NCBI GenBank assembly: GCA_964585315.1
Contig: CAZPDE010000001.1
Span: 1 to 60,027, forward strand
From: an uncultured Dehalococcoidales bacterium
Lineage (GTDB): Bacteria; Chloroflexota; Dehalococcoidia; GIF9; AB-539-J10
Length of the DNA: 60,027 nucleotides
Direction of reading: 5' to 3'
Below, in pieces: positions 25,543 through 34,371 of this stretch. Numbering within the stretch: the first letter of the stretch is position 1; every line of letters begins with the position of its first letter. Both the position numbers and the translations under genes were made by a program. Below the pieces are notes generated by a model. The model was given only the letters and a program-made list of their open reading frames with translations, ran no database searches and was not told where the DNA came from.

Positions 25543-25681
25543 GAGATTGCTCCACTTCCCATTCGCGGATAGATTCGCTTCGCTCACTACATGGTTTATC
25601 CTGAGCAAGATTCTTCAGTCGCTTCGCTCCCTCAGAATGACAAAGAGCGAGGGGCTCAGGGCTTCGGCTCACCGCAATGAC
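25543..25681 (-). repeat. Family A copy A5, hisB-hisC intergenic, full composite
   Basis: The reverse complement reads gtcattgcggtgagccgaagccctgagcccctcgctctttgtcattctgagggagcgaagcgactgaagaatcttgctcaggataaaccatgtagtgagcgaagcgaatctatccgcgaatgggaagtggagcaatctc. Confidence 0.9.
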
Positions 25682-25724
25682 AGATGGGGGCAGCTCGTAG
25701 CTAACAAAGAGACCTATCACTAGC

Positions 25725-27056
25725 TTAACATAGCTTCTTTAAAGCCTCAATTAAGGCATCGGTGTCCTCAGGCTTGCCCACACTTATTCGCAGGCATTCT
25801 TTTAATCGTGGACTATCAAAGTAACGAACGAAAATGCCTTTCTTTTGTAATTGGCGCCAGATTCCTTTGGCGTGAGATTCTTCCCCTTCACGAATAGATT
25901 CGCTTCGCTCACTACATGGTTTACCCTGAGCAAGATTCTTCAGTCGCTTCGTTCCCTCAGAATGGCAAGGAGCGAAGGACTCAGAATGACGGTGTAAGGA
26001 GCAAAGAATAAAATTAGCGCTGGAGGGATAGGGCTTTAGCCAACGAGATTGCTCCGCTTCCCTTTCGCGGATAGATTCGCTTCGCTCACTACATGGTTTA
26101 TCCTGAGCAAGATTCTTCAGTCGCTTCGCTCCCTCAGAATGACAAGGAGCGAGGGGCTCAGGGCTTCGGCTCACCGCAATGACATTTAGTTTAGCAAATA
26201 ACCGCTCTCGTTCAGCCACTATCTTTGCTACATTATGTCGAAGGTAATCTATATCTGTCAGAGAGGCTAGCACGGCTGTTTGCGCCGCTGCATTAATATT
26301 ATATGGTGGCTTAATTTTCATTAGATAGCTAGCGACCTCGGTAGGGAAAAAGCCATAGCCTATTCTTAAGCCAGCTAGCCCTGCCCATTTGCTGAAGGTG
26401 CGCAGCACTATCAGGTTGGGATAGTTAGGCACCAAGTTAGCCATAGTTACACCGCTAAACTCAAAGTACGCCTCATCCACCACCACGATTCTCCCAGTAT
26501 CTACAAGCTCTACAATCTCTTGTTCACTACTGGTGTTGCCTGTAGGATTGTTAGGCGAGGCAACGAAAATAACCTTTGTTTTTCCATTTAGTGCCCCCTT
26601 TATACCCTTAATATCAAGGGCGAAATCTTCGTTTCTAGGCACATCAACCACCTTGCCTCCGCAAAGCTCAGTGTTAAAGGGATACATGCCAAATGTTGGT
26701 GAACAGTTGATAACTTTATCCCCAGGGTTAAGGAAAAGTCGCAGAATAAGGTCAATTAGCTCGTCACTACCGCTGCCGCAAACAATGTGTTCAATGCTTA
26801 AGCCGGTGTAGTTCTCCAGAGCTTGCCTCAACTCCCTTTGTTCCGGGTCAGGATAGATATTGTAGTAAGGGTAACTGGCTAGAGCTTGATAGACCTTGGG
26901 GGAGCAACCATAAGGATTTTCATTGCCATCGAGCTTTATTATTTTCCCACCAGCCCGCTGCTCCAAAATCTCTATAGGCTCAATAGGGGTATAGCTTTTC
27001 ATAGCTGCTAGTTCAGTCCTTATCAGCTTTTTTATGTCCACTTCAACTAAAACCAA
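25725..27056 (-). CDS. hisC: Histidinol-phosphate aminotransferase with two in-frame repeat inserts
   Basis: KLDGNENPYG, SPNNPTGN, RTFSKWAGLAGLRIGY and PSSANFIL. It is 443 aa against roughly 350-370 aa typical. Confidence 0.92.
   Translation of the reverse strand: MVLVEVDIKKLIRTELAAMKSYTPIEPIEILEQRAGGKIIKLDGNENPYGCSPKVYQALASYPYYNIYPDPEQRELRQALENYTGLSIEHIVCGSGSDELIDLILRLFLNPGDKVINCSPTFGMYPFNTELCGGKVVDVPRNEDFALDIKGIKGALNGKTKVIFVASPNNPTGNTSSEQEIVELVDTGRIVVVDEAYFEFSGVTMANLVPNYPNLIVLRTFSKWAGLAGLRIGYGFFPTEVASYLMKIKPPYNINAAAQTAVLASLTDIDYLRHNVAKIVAERERLFAKLNVIAVSRSPEPLAPCHSEGAKRLKNLAQDKPCSERSESIREREAEQSRWLKPYPSSANFILCSLHRHSESFAPCHSEGTKRLKNLAQGKPCSERSESIREGEESHAKGIWRQLQKKGIFVRYFDSPRLKECLRISVGKPEDTDALIEALKKLC
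25874..25990 (-). repeat. Family A copy A6, inside hisC, in frame
   Basis: It encodes HSESFAPCHSEGTKRLKNLAQGKPCSERSESIREGEESH. Confidence 0.9.
26045..26183 (-). repeat. Family A copy A7, inside hisC, in frame
   Basis: It encodes VIAVSRSPEPLAPCHSEGAKRLKNLAQDKPCSERSESIREREAEQS. Confidence 0.9.
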
Positions 27057-27140
27057 AAGTTAAAAATAAAAAGTCAAAATGACAAGTCAAGATGCAAAAC
27101 TTTTTGTTTTTGCTTTGTATTTTTGCCTTTTAATACTTCA
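27057..27140. repeat. Family C fragment, hisD-hisC intergenic
   Basis: aaaaataaaaagtcaaaatgacaagtcaagatgcaaaac...gctttgtatttttgcctttt. Confidence 0.7.
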
Positions 27141-27158
27141 TTCAGCTCTCATCCATTT

Positions 27159-28691
27159 TTATGGAGATGGTTTAGATTGCTTCGCTTCCCCTTCACGGAT
27201 AGATTCGCTTTGCTCACTACATGGTTTATCCTGAGCGCAGTGAGATTCTTCGCGGAGTTTACCCTGAACGGTATGAGATTCTTCGCTACGCTCAGAATGA
27301 CAGGAAGTGAAGGGCTCAGAATGACAAGAAGCGAAGGGTTCAGTGCTTCGGCTAACCGCAATGACAGAGGGGCTCGCAATGACACGGAGGGCTATTGCTT
27401 GAGCGTGAGCATCCAACCCTTCAGCTCTGGCTATTACCATAGCTGCCTGGCTTAGTTCTTGCATAGCAGGCTCATCCAAAGCGACGATATTGCTAACCTT
27501 TAGGAAATCAGCAACACCCAAAGGAGAGCTGAAGCGAGCGCTACCCTGGGTAGGCAAGACATGGCTGGGACCAGCAACATAATCACCCAAAACCACGGGT
27601 GAATTTTCACCAATGAAGATACAGCCAGCGTTACAAATTCGGGGAACCAAAGAAGAGGCATTGGCTACCATGAGGGAAAGATGCTCCGGGGCAAAAAGGT
27701 TCACCAATTCGATTGCTTCATCAGTGTTACGGACAATTACAATCATTCCGGTATCAATAGCCTTTCTAGCAATGGAATGCCGCTTTAATTTTCCCAGTTG
27801 CCTCTCAATTTCCTTATCCACCCGATTGGCTAATTCAGATGAGGTAGTGACTAAAATCACTGATGCCAAGGAGTCATGCTCAGCTTGAGCTAAAAGGTCA
27901 GCAGCACAAAGGGTAGGGTTGGCTTTCCCATCGGCTACGAGCATTAGCTCACTCGGACCTTCGAGACCATCAACGCCTACTGCGCCATAAACCATTTTCT
28001 TAGCTAAGGTTACAAAGATGTTGCCAGGACCACAAATTTTATCCACTCTGGGTATTGACTCAGTGCCAAAAGCTAAAGCAGCAATAGCCTGAGCGCCACC
28101 AACTTTGAAAATACGGTTGACCTCAGCGATGCCAGCAGCTACTAAGGTAGGCGCAGGGATGCCTCCATCTTTGCCAGGCGGTGAAGCCACAATGATTTCC
28201 TTTACACCTGCTACCTTGGCCGGTATAGCCGTCATCAACACTGTGGATGGGTAAGCAGCAGTGCCACCGGGAACATATAGACCCACCCTATCTAAGGGAC
28301 GAATCTGTTGTCCCAGGTGCTTGTCAATGGGAAACACGCCAGTCTTATGTCCACAAGCAAGGTGGAAATCTTGTATTCTTTTGGCAGCCAGTTCCAGCGC
28401 CGAGACGAGTTCCTTGTCCACTTTGTCGTAGGCTGCGGCGACTTCCTGCTTACTTACTTCAAGGGAATCAAGCGCGACGCCATCCAGTTTCTTGGTGTAA
28501 TCAAAGAGGGCTTCATCGCCTTTACGCCGAACTTCACTTATGATAAGGTCAACTGTCTGTTGAGGAGAAAGCTCCTTCCCGAAAGTTTGCTTTATTTGTG
28601 CTGCCACCCCTGACGAGGCGGCAAAAGATTCCAGAAAGTCTTTCCTGGCCAACAATTGTTTTGCTTTAGCAAATCCTTCGACTCGTATCAT
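27159..28691 (-). CDS. hisD: Histidinol dehydrogenase with a repeat-derived C-terminal extension
   Basis: LYVPGGTAAYPSTVLM, AQAEHD and HVLPTQGSARFSSPLGV. The canonical end ...AHAQAIALRV is followed by about 75 aa of repeat-encoded sequence. Confidence 0.93.
   Translation of the reverse strand: MIRVEGFAKAKQLLARKDFLESFAASSGVAAQIKQTFGKELSPQQTVDLIISEVRRKGDEALFDYTKKLDGVALDSLEVSKQEVAAAYDKVDKELVSALELAAKRIQDFHLACGHKTGVFPIDKHLGQQIRPLDRVGLYVPGGTAAYPSTVLMTAIPAKVAGVKEIIVASPPGKDGGIPAPTLVAAGIAEVNRIFKVGGAQAIAALAFGTESIPRVDKICGPGNIFVTLAKKMVYGAVGVDGLEGPSELMLVADGKANPTLCAADLLAQAEHDSLASVILVTTSSELANRVDKEIERQLGKLKRHSIARKAIDTGMIVIVRNTDEAIELVNLFAPEHLSLMVANASSLVPRICNAGCIFIGENSPVVLGDYVAGPSHVLPTQGSARFSSPLGVADFLKVSNIVALDEPAMQELSQAAMVIARAEGLDAHAQAIALRVIASPSVIAVSRSTEPFASCHSEPFTSCHSERSEESHTVQGKLREESHCAQDKPCSEQSESIREGEAKQSKPSP
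27173..27383 (-). repeat. Family A copy A8, forms the 3' end of the hisD ORF
   Basis: It encodes (R)VIASPSVIAVSRSTEPFASCHSEPFTSCHSERSEESHTVQGKLREESHCAQDKPCSEQSESIREGEAKQS. Confidence 0.9.
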
Positions 28692-30154
28692 GATAACCCC
28701 GACTGAAATGCCTGAGTAAGAAATTCAATCCTCCCTTTTTTATCATGGGAGTCAAGACTATCTTTGTTGCCAATTAGACAAGCTGTGGACTGGAAAAGCA
28801 CATCGATAATCTTCAAGTTGTGCTGTGCCAATGTCTTTCCTGTTTGAGCATTATCTATAAGCAAATCGGCATCTTCAGGCAAAAAAGCCTCGCTTGCCCC
28901 CCAGGTTGGTATTAGCTTATATGGGCTAATATGATTATCTCGAAGATATTTATCGGCGATATTTATGTACTCCGAGGCTACCCTAAGAGGAGCAAACTCG
29001 CCATTTTGAACAAGCGACCTGAGTTCAGCAATATTGGCAACGGGTATATCCGGACTTACTGCGGCTACAATTTTTACCTCTCCAAAGCCGAGAACCAGCA
29101 ACTTTGCCACCGGACTTGAAGGAAAACGATAGAGGTGTTCCAGCAGCCAATCCTCACCAGTCACAGCTAAGTCGAAATTGCCATTGGCTACCTGAAGAGG
29201 CATATCTTGAGGTCTGATGACTTTTATGCCCAGCCAATCTAAATTGATAGAAGGGCGGCGATTCAGCACCTTGCCAGAATACCCCTGGAGATTGAGTCCG
29301 GCTCGCTGCAAAAATTGCGAAGTAGGTGAGAGCTGATGTCCATCGGGCAATGCCAGCTTGATCTCCTTTGCCTGCCACTGAGATTGCTGCATCACTTCCC
29401 CTTCCTCTTCACCGAGGTCCGAGGTCATATGACAGACATTGGACATAGGACATTGGACATAGGACTGGCTTGTGCTAACACTGCTTAAACAAGTCAGTAC
29501 TTGACTCAGATTTTTACTCTCTAAGCTTTCCCGATTGGCAATCAGAAAAGTAGTAACAGGAAATAAGCTCATTAAAGGAATCACGCCTTGAGCCTTCAGG
29601 TCACTTTCATTCCCTCCCCACAATACAGCCAGGTCGGCATTCTCCGGGGGATAAACTTCAGCAGCTCCCCACACAGGGAAAATCTTGAACCTTCTCATTC
29701 TATTTTTTAAGGCGAATGCCTCAGCCAAATTAGGATACTCGCTTACTATGCGCCAATCATTTTGTCTAGTTAATAACTCATCGAGCCTGTAGAATCCCGC
29801 TTGATTGCTGGCTACCACATACACACTGCCCTCACCGTAATTTAGACTTGATATTTTTACCAGAGCGCCCGCAGGATATTTCACTATAAATTCTTCGATC
29901 CAATCCAAACCGCAAATACCCAGGTCATAATTCCCTATAGCTACCTGTATGGGAATATCTTTTTCTTGAAATATCTTGGCTGAAAGATAAGGAAATCTCA
30001 CCGACCGAAGGCGATATTGTCTTGTTTTGCTACTATAACGGCTAAAGCCCAGGTCTATCTCACCAAGCAAATTGGCTGTAGGCGATAGAAACCTACCTTT
30101 AGGCAAAGCAAGCTTGACAGGTTGATTTTCCATTTTGTTAGCTATGAGGAGCAT
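28688..30154 (-). CDS. hisG: ATP phosphoribosyltransferase, tandem fusion of two short-form HisG-like halves
   Basis: The N-half has LALPKGRF...DLGICGLDWIEE...EYPNLA but a degenerate PRPP loop (DLAVLWGGNESDL). The C-half has LALPDGHQ...DLAVTGEDWLLE...DLLIDNAQTGKTLAQHNL. ATGA overlaps hisD. Confidence 0.85.
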   Translation of the reverse strand: MLLIANKMENQPVKLALPKGRFLSPTANLLGEIDLGFSRYSSKTRQYRLRSVRFPYLSAKIFQEKDIPIQVAIGNYDLGICGLDWIEEFIVKYPAGALVKISSLNYGEGSVYVVASNQAGFYRLDELLTRQNDWRIVSEYPNLAEAFALKNRMRRFKIFPVWGAAEVYPPENADLAVLWGGNESDLKAQGVIPLMSLFPVTTFLIANRESLESKNLSQVLTCLSSVSTSQSYVQCPMSNVCHMTSDLGEEEGEVMQQSQWQAKEIKLALPDGHQLSPTSQFLQRAGLNLQGYSGKVLNRRPSINLDWLGIKVIRPQDMPLQVANGNFDLAVTGEDWLLEHLYRFPSSPVAKLLVLGFGEVKIVAAVSPDIPVANIAELRSLVQNGEFAPLRVASEYINIADKYLRDNHISPYKLIPTWGASEAFLPEDADLLIDNAQTGKTLAQHNLKIIDVLFQSTACLIGNKDSLDSHDKKGRIEFLTQAFQSGLS

Positions 30155-30236
30155 GATTCCTCGCTTGTCATTGCGAGGCTGACAAAGTCAGCCGAAGCAA
30201 TCTCAGGACAAGCTCGGAACAAGCTCCGAAATCTCT
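30155..30236 (+). repeat. Family A copy A9 (subtype with aagctcggaacaagctcc module), hisZ-hisG intergenic
   Basis: gattcctcgcttgtcattgcgaggctgacaaagtcagccgaagcaatctcaggacaagctcggaacaagctccgaaatctc. Confidence 0.85.
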
Positions 30237-31486
30237 CATCCTTCACCTAACATATCAAGAAGCTCTGCTACAGAAGCTACATCTCGCTGTCGCTTTTCCT
30301 GGCGGTCACTAAGCACAAATGGAGATGGTTCCTTTCCTGAAACCGATATAATCCACCGATAATCAGATTTCCCCCACCCAGCAAGACCAAGCTCTGCCAT
30401 ATGTCCGGCATCACGAAGTGATTGAGCCAAAGCGAAGCATCTTCTTGCTATTTCTGGAGTTAGCTCCTCACCTTTGACTAAAATCTCGGGTTCATTCTTC
30501 CCTACCCCCTCTGATGGAAGAATCTTAGCTACGGAGTCAACATATAGAGCAAATCCACAAGCGGGGATATTCCCTCCACCCATAAGAGGCACAAGGTTAT
30601 CATACCTCCCTCCACCACCTATTTTCCCCCCATCAGCCGATAACTGAAAACAGGCTCCGCTATAATACTCAAAACCCTGTATTGCCGTGATATCGATTTC
30701 ATAAGCACAATTTAGGCTGTCTAACAACATGGCGATATTTATGAAATCGTCCAGACTAGACTTGAAGTCCGATGAAGCTTGTGGGGATAAAGCTCTTACA
30801 TTCTGTAAAAAGCTACTCGATTTTCCCTTGAGGCTCAGAAGCTGAGATAGAAGTCCACCGACATCTGAGAACTGACAACTATCAGCTATCAGCGTTAATG
30901 CCTGCCAATCTCCTTCCACAACGCGGCTTGTCACCTTGGCTTCTTCAGCGGAGCTAAGTTTAAGCTCTCTAATCATCGCCCTCACCAATCCAGCGTGAGA
31001 CAATTGCAATTTAACACTATTAAGGCCAAGTCTACGCACAACCTCTCTAGCTAACAGAATTATCTCCACATCCGTGGCAAATTTAGCCCCACCGAGAAAT
31101 TCGGCACCGCATTGCCATCGCTCTCTATTCTCCCTGCCTGTTTCCTCAAATGCAAAGATGTTAGTCACATAGAAAAGCCTGGCTATTTCATGCTCGCTTA
31201 GATTATCGATATAGAGCCTGGCTACGGGAATAGTGCCATCTGGTCGCAAGACTACCCTCTCGCCACTCCAGCCATCCCAATCAAGAAAGGAATACACTTT
31301 GCCCAACTTGCTTGGAGTAAGCGTTCCTGTAGCTGTAAATAAATGGAGATACTCTAAAGTTGGCGTTCTTACCTCCTGGTATCCCCATTCACGACAACAA
31401 CTTCGGAAGACATCCTCAATACGGCGGAACCTCAGCATATCCTTGGGGAGCAAATCTTGCATTCCTTTACATCTTTGGCTTTGCAT
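30236..31486 (-). CDS. hisZ: HisZ (HisRS-like regulatory subunit of ATP phosphoribosyltransferase)
   Basis: It has a class-II aaRS-like core (GMQDLLP, LRPDGTIPVAR, GFEYYSG, GGGRYDNL). The HisRS motif-2 arginine context is degenerate (IFAFEETGRENRERWQCGAEFLG). It lies at the head of the his operon. Confidence 0.78.
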   Translation of the reverse strand: MQSQRCKGMQDLLPKDMLRFRRIEDVFRSCCREWGYQEVRTPTLEYLHLFTATGTLTPSKLGKVYSFLDWDGWSGERVVLRPDGTIPVARLYIDNLSEHEIARLFYVTNIFAFEETGRENRERWQCGAEFLGGAKFATDVEIILLAREVVRRLGLNSVKLQLSHAGLVRAMIRELKLSSAEEAKVTSRVVEGDWQALTLIADSCQFSDVGGLLSQLLSLKGKSSSFLQNVRALSPQASSDFKSSLDDFINIAMLLDSLNCAYEIDITAIQGFEYYSGACFQLSADGGKIGGGGRYDNLVPLMGGGNIPACGFALYVDSVAKILPSEGVGKNEPEILVKGEELTPEIARRCFALAQSLRDAGHMAELGLAGWGKSDYRWIISVSGKEPSPFVLSDRQEKRQRDVASVAELLDMLGEG

Positions 31487-31542
31487 CCTTAGCCTATTCT
31501 ACACCAAGTTACATTTAGCTTCAATTCAGTTGACAACTAAAT

Positions 31543-31571
31543 TTGTTGCTTTTAACTGCTTAGGTTATAAT
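31543..31571 (+). promoter_or_regulatory. Candidate sigma70-type promoter for nfeD (TTGTTG-N17-TATAAT)
   Basis: ttgttg at 31543-31548 and tataat at 31566-31571 with a 17-nt spacer. gagga lies at 31579 and the ATG at 31593. Confidence 0.4.
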
Positions 31572-31592
31572 TAGCTTGAGGATTAAGGATAG

Positions 31593-32915
31593 ATGTGTAG
31601 GATTTTATTTAGGATTTTCTTTCTTGCTTTGTTTGCGCTCTCGATAGTCGGGATTGTGGGAGGCAGCATAATTAGCGCCTATAGCCCGACGATTGAAGTC
31701 CTCCATGTAGAAGGCACTATCGTGCCTGTAGTGAAGGACTATCTCGAGCGGGGCATCAACCATGCTGAAGATGAGAATGCTACTGTTTGCATTATCGAGC
31801 TAAATACACCGGGAGGGGTTCTCGATACCACTGATAAGATGGTCAGCAAAATCATGAATGCCAAAGTGCCTATTGTAGTTTATGTTTCCCCGGTAAACGC
31901 TTGGGCTGCTTCGGCGGGAACTTTCATTACTTTATCCGCCCATATAGCTGCTATGACGCCGGGCACTACCATTGGCGCTGCCCACCCTGTAGCTGGTGGG
32001 GGGCAGGAAATACCAGAGGACTACAAGAAAAAGATAACTGAATTCTCAGCTAAGTGGATGGAGACCATTGCTGAGGAGCGTGGTCGCAACATAGAAGAAG
32101 CAAGGCTGGCAGTAACGGAAAGTAAATCCTTCACTGATGTTGAGGCGCTGGAATATAATCTTATCGACCTGCGAGCTGATAGCTTAGAAAGCCTTATTTC
32201 TCAAATCAACGGCTGGAAAGTTACTTTAGCCAATGGCGCAGAAGTTACCATCGATACTACAGGCTATAAGCCCGGGGATGAGAACAAGAATGAGATGAAT
32301 GCCATCGAGAAGTTCCTGCAAGTCATCAGCGACCCCAATATCGCCTATCTCCTGTTTACCCTGGCTACAATAGGGATAATCACCGAAGTGAGCAACCCGG
32401 GGATGATTTTCCCTGGAGTAATTGGTGGCATTAGCTTATTCCTGGCGTTCTACTCTTTGGGTGTGCTCCATGCTAACTATGCAGGCATAGCGCTCATTTT
32501 GCTTGCTATGGGACTTTTCATCGCCGAGTATTTCACCACCACTTTCGGATTATTGACTGTCGGTGGTGTAGTCTCGCTAGTTATGGGCTCGCTGATTTTG
32601 TTCACTGGCTCAGAAGTAGGAGAGGTCAATCGTGGACTGATTGCTGGGGTAACTGCTGCTATCACTGCCTTTTCTATCTTTGTCATCGGCGCTATTATTA
32701 GAGGACAAAGAAGACGCAAGGCTACCGGCGCTGAGGGCATGATAGGGAGTGTAGCCATAGTAAAAACACCACTTGCTCCTACAGGCACGGTTCTGGCTCA
32801 AGGCGAACTATGGACAGCTACAACGGAAAAGGATAGAATAGACCGAGGTGAGGAGGTGATAATAAGCAAGGTAGAGGAGCTAAAATTATGGGTGAAAAGA
32901 AAATCAAAAAAGTAG
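31593..32915 (+). CDS. Membrane-bound ClpP-class serine protease NfeD
   Basis: 440 aa with ELNTPGGVLD, AASAGTFI, multiple TM helices and a C-terminal OB-like GELWTATTEKDRIDRGEEVII. Confidence 0.85.
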   Translation: MCRILFRIFFLALFALSIVGIVGGSIISAYSPTIEVLHVEGTIVPVVKDYLERGINHAEDENATVCIIELNTPGGVLDTTDKMVSKIMNAKVPIVVYVSPVNAWAASAGTFITLSAHIAAMTPGTTIGAAHPVAGGGQEIPEDYKKKITEFSAKWMETIAEERGRNIEEARLAVTESKSFTDVEALEYNLIDLRADSLESLISQINGWKVTLANGAEVTIDTTGYKPGDENKNEMNAIEKFLQVISDPNIAYLLFTLATIGIITEVSNPGMIFPGVIGGISLFLAFYSLGVLHANYAGIALILLAMGLFIAEYFTTTFGLLTVGGVVSLVMGSLILFTGSEVGEVNRGLIAGVTAAITAFSIFVIGAIIRGQRRRKATGAEGMIGSVAIVKTPLAPTGTVLAQGELWTATTEKDRIDRGEEVIISKVEELKLWVKRKSKK

Positions 32916-32928
32916 GAAGGAAGTATCA

Positions 32929-33252
32929 ATGGAAATAATAGGCCCAGTGGAAATGACAGGCCCGATTATTATAGCTATAATCTGCGCCGTTGCTTTTATT
33001 ATCTTTGTCATTTATGCTATTGTCAAAGCTCAGAAGCGAAAGCTCGCTACTGGCATTGAGGATATGATAGGGAAGGAAGCTATAGCACAAACCACCCTCA
33101 ACCCCAAAGGCATGGTTTTAGCTGAAGGTGAGTTATGGACAGCTATTGCCGGAAGTGATAAGATAGAACCTGGAGAGGAGGTGATTATAACTAAAGTAAA
33201 TGGGTTAAAATTATGGGTGGCAAAAAAATCTAAAGAAAAGGAGGAGAAATGA
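32929..33252 (+). CDS. Short NfeD-like protein (TM helix plus OB-fold C-terminal domain)
   Basis: GMVLAEGELWTAIAGSDKIEPGEEVIITKVNGLKLWV parallels the C-terminus of the preceding NfeD. Confidence 0.65.
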   Translation: MEIIGPVEMTGPIIIAIICAVAFIIFVIYAIVKAQKRKLATGIEDMIGKEAIAQTTLNPKGMVLAEGELWTAIAGSDKIEPGEEVIITKVNGLKLWVAKKSKEKEEK

Positions 33253-34031
33253 GCGCACTTATCTATGTCATCATCGCTGTAGTAGTAATAATACTTCTAG
33301 CACAAGCTATCAAAATCGTTCAGGAGTATGAAAGAGGAACTGTTTTCCGCCTGGGCAGATTTGTTGGCCTTAGAGGACCAGGGCTGGTCTTCCTGATACC
33401 ATTTGTTGAGCGTATGTGGAAGATTGACCTCCGTGTAGTTACTATGGATGTGCCACAGCAAGAGTGCATGACCATGGACAATGTTACTGTCACGGTTGAT
33501 GCAGTAATTTACTTCCGAGTGGTTGATGCCGCAGATGCTATACTTAAAGTAGCTGATTATAGAAAAGCAACTCACTTGCTTGGTCAGACTACCTTAAGAA
33601 ATGTCGTGGGACAATCGGAATTAGATGATCTGCTGTCCCACCGAGACCGGCTTAATGAAAAAATCCAGGTAACTGTTGATGAGGGCACAAATCCCTGGGG
33701 AATAAAGGTAAGCATGGTAGAGGTTAAGGATGTAGAATTGCCCGACTCAATGAAGCGGGCTATGGCAGCCCAGGCTGAGGCTGAAAGAGAAAGAAGAGCC
33801 AAGGTTGTTCATGCCGAGGGTGAATACCAGGCAGCAGAAAAAATAACTGAAGCTGCTCGCATCATTTCCGCTGAGCCTGCAGCCCTGCAACTCCGCTATC
33901 TGCAAGCACTGACCAGCATTGCTACGGAAAGAACCAATACTATACTGTTCCCATTGCCCCTAGATATGGTGACTCCGTTTTTGAGCCGAGCTAATCGAGA
34001 TTTGAGCAAAGGCGACCCTGAGAAAAAGTAA
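33249..34031 (+). CDS. SPFH/band-7 (stomatin-like) protein
   Basis: IVQEYERGTVFRLGRF, TLRNVVGQSELDDLLS, MAAQAEAERERRAKV. ATGA overlaps the upstream gene. Confidence 0.92.
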   Translation: MSALIYVIIAVVVIILLAQAIKIVQEYERGTVFRLGRFVGLRGPGLVFLIPFVERMWKIDLRVVTMDVPQQECMTMDNVTVTVDAVIYFRVVDAADAILKVADYRKATHLLGQTTLRNVVGQSELDDLLSHRDRLNEKIQVTVDEGTNPWGIKVSMVEVKDVELPDSMKRAMAAQAEAERERRAKVVHAEGEYQAAEKITEAARIISAEPAALQLRYLQALTSIATERTNTILFPLPLDMVTPFLSRANRDLSKGDPEKK

Positions 34032-34039
34032 AGGGCATT

Positions 34040-34291
34040 ATGGCATTAAAGCCCAAGGTTTTGGGCATTGCCGGCAGCCCTCGCCGTGGCGGCGATACTA
34101 ACTTTTTGCTGCAAGAGGCGATGCTTGGCGCCGGTAGGCAAGGAGCTGAAACAAAGATAGTCATCATCGATGAGCTTAATATAGCTCCTTGCCGCCATTG
34201 TGATAAGCGCTTGCCCACAGGCAAATGCGCTGTAGTTGCCCAATCTACTGGGCAATTTTGCCTGATTCATCAGGCAACTACAAAGATTTGG
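34040..34291 (+). pseudogene. N-terminal remnant of an NADPH-dependent FMN reductase / iron-sulfur flavoprotein
   Basis: [65 protein letters not shown] matches only the first third of the family. Homology stops where a family-D repeat begins. Confidence 0.55.
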
Positions 34292-34348
34292 GGGGTGAAG
34301 ACTCTGCAAAATGCCCGAATTTGAACGAAAAAACAAAATTAAACAGCC
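34290..34348 (+). repeat. Family D copy D4, directly upstream of mutase paralog 1 start
   Basis: ggggggtgaagactctgcaaaatgcccgaatttgaacgaaaaaacaaaattaaacagcc, followed by tacttctaagagggaggtcgagtGTG. Confidence 0.85.
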
Positions 34349-34371
34349 TACTTCTAAGAGGGAGGTCGAGT

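Noticed and set aside
34225-34371. Examined the long 5' extensions of several track ORFs: mutase paralog 1 from 34225, the DUF1464-like gene from 11566, the speD-like gene from 48988 and ruvX from 9117.
   Set aside because: The extensions run through upstream genes or repeat elements. Downstream start codons with good SD sequences match the N-termini of paralogs or orthologues.
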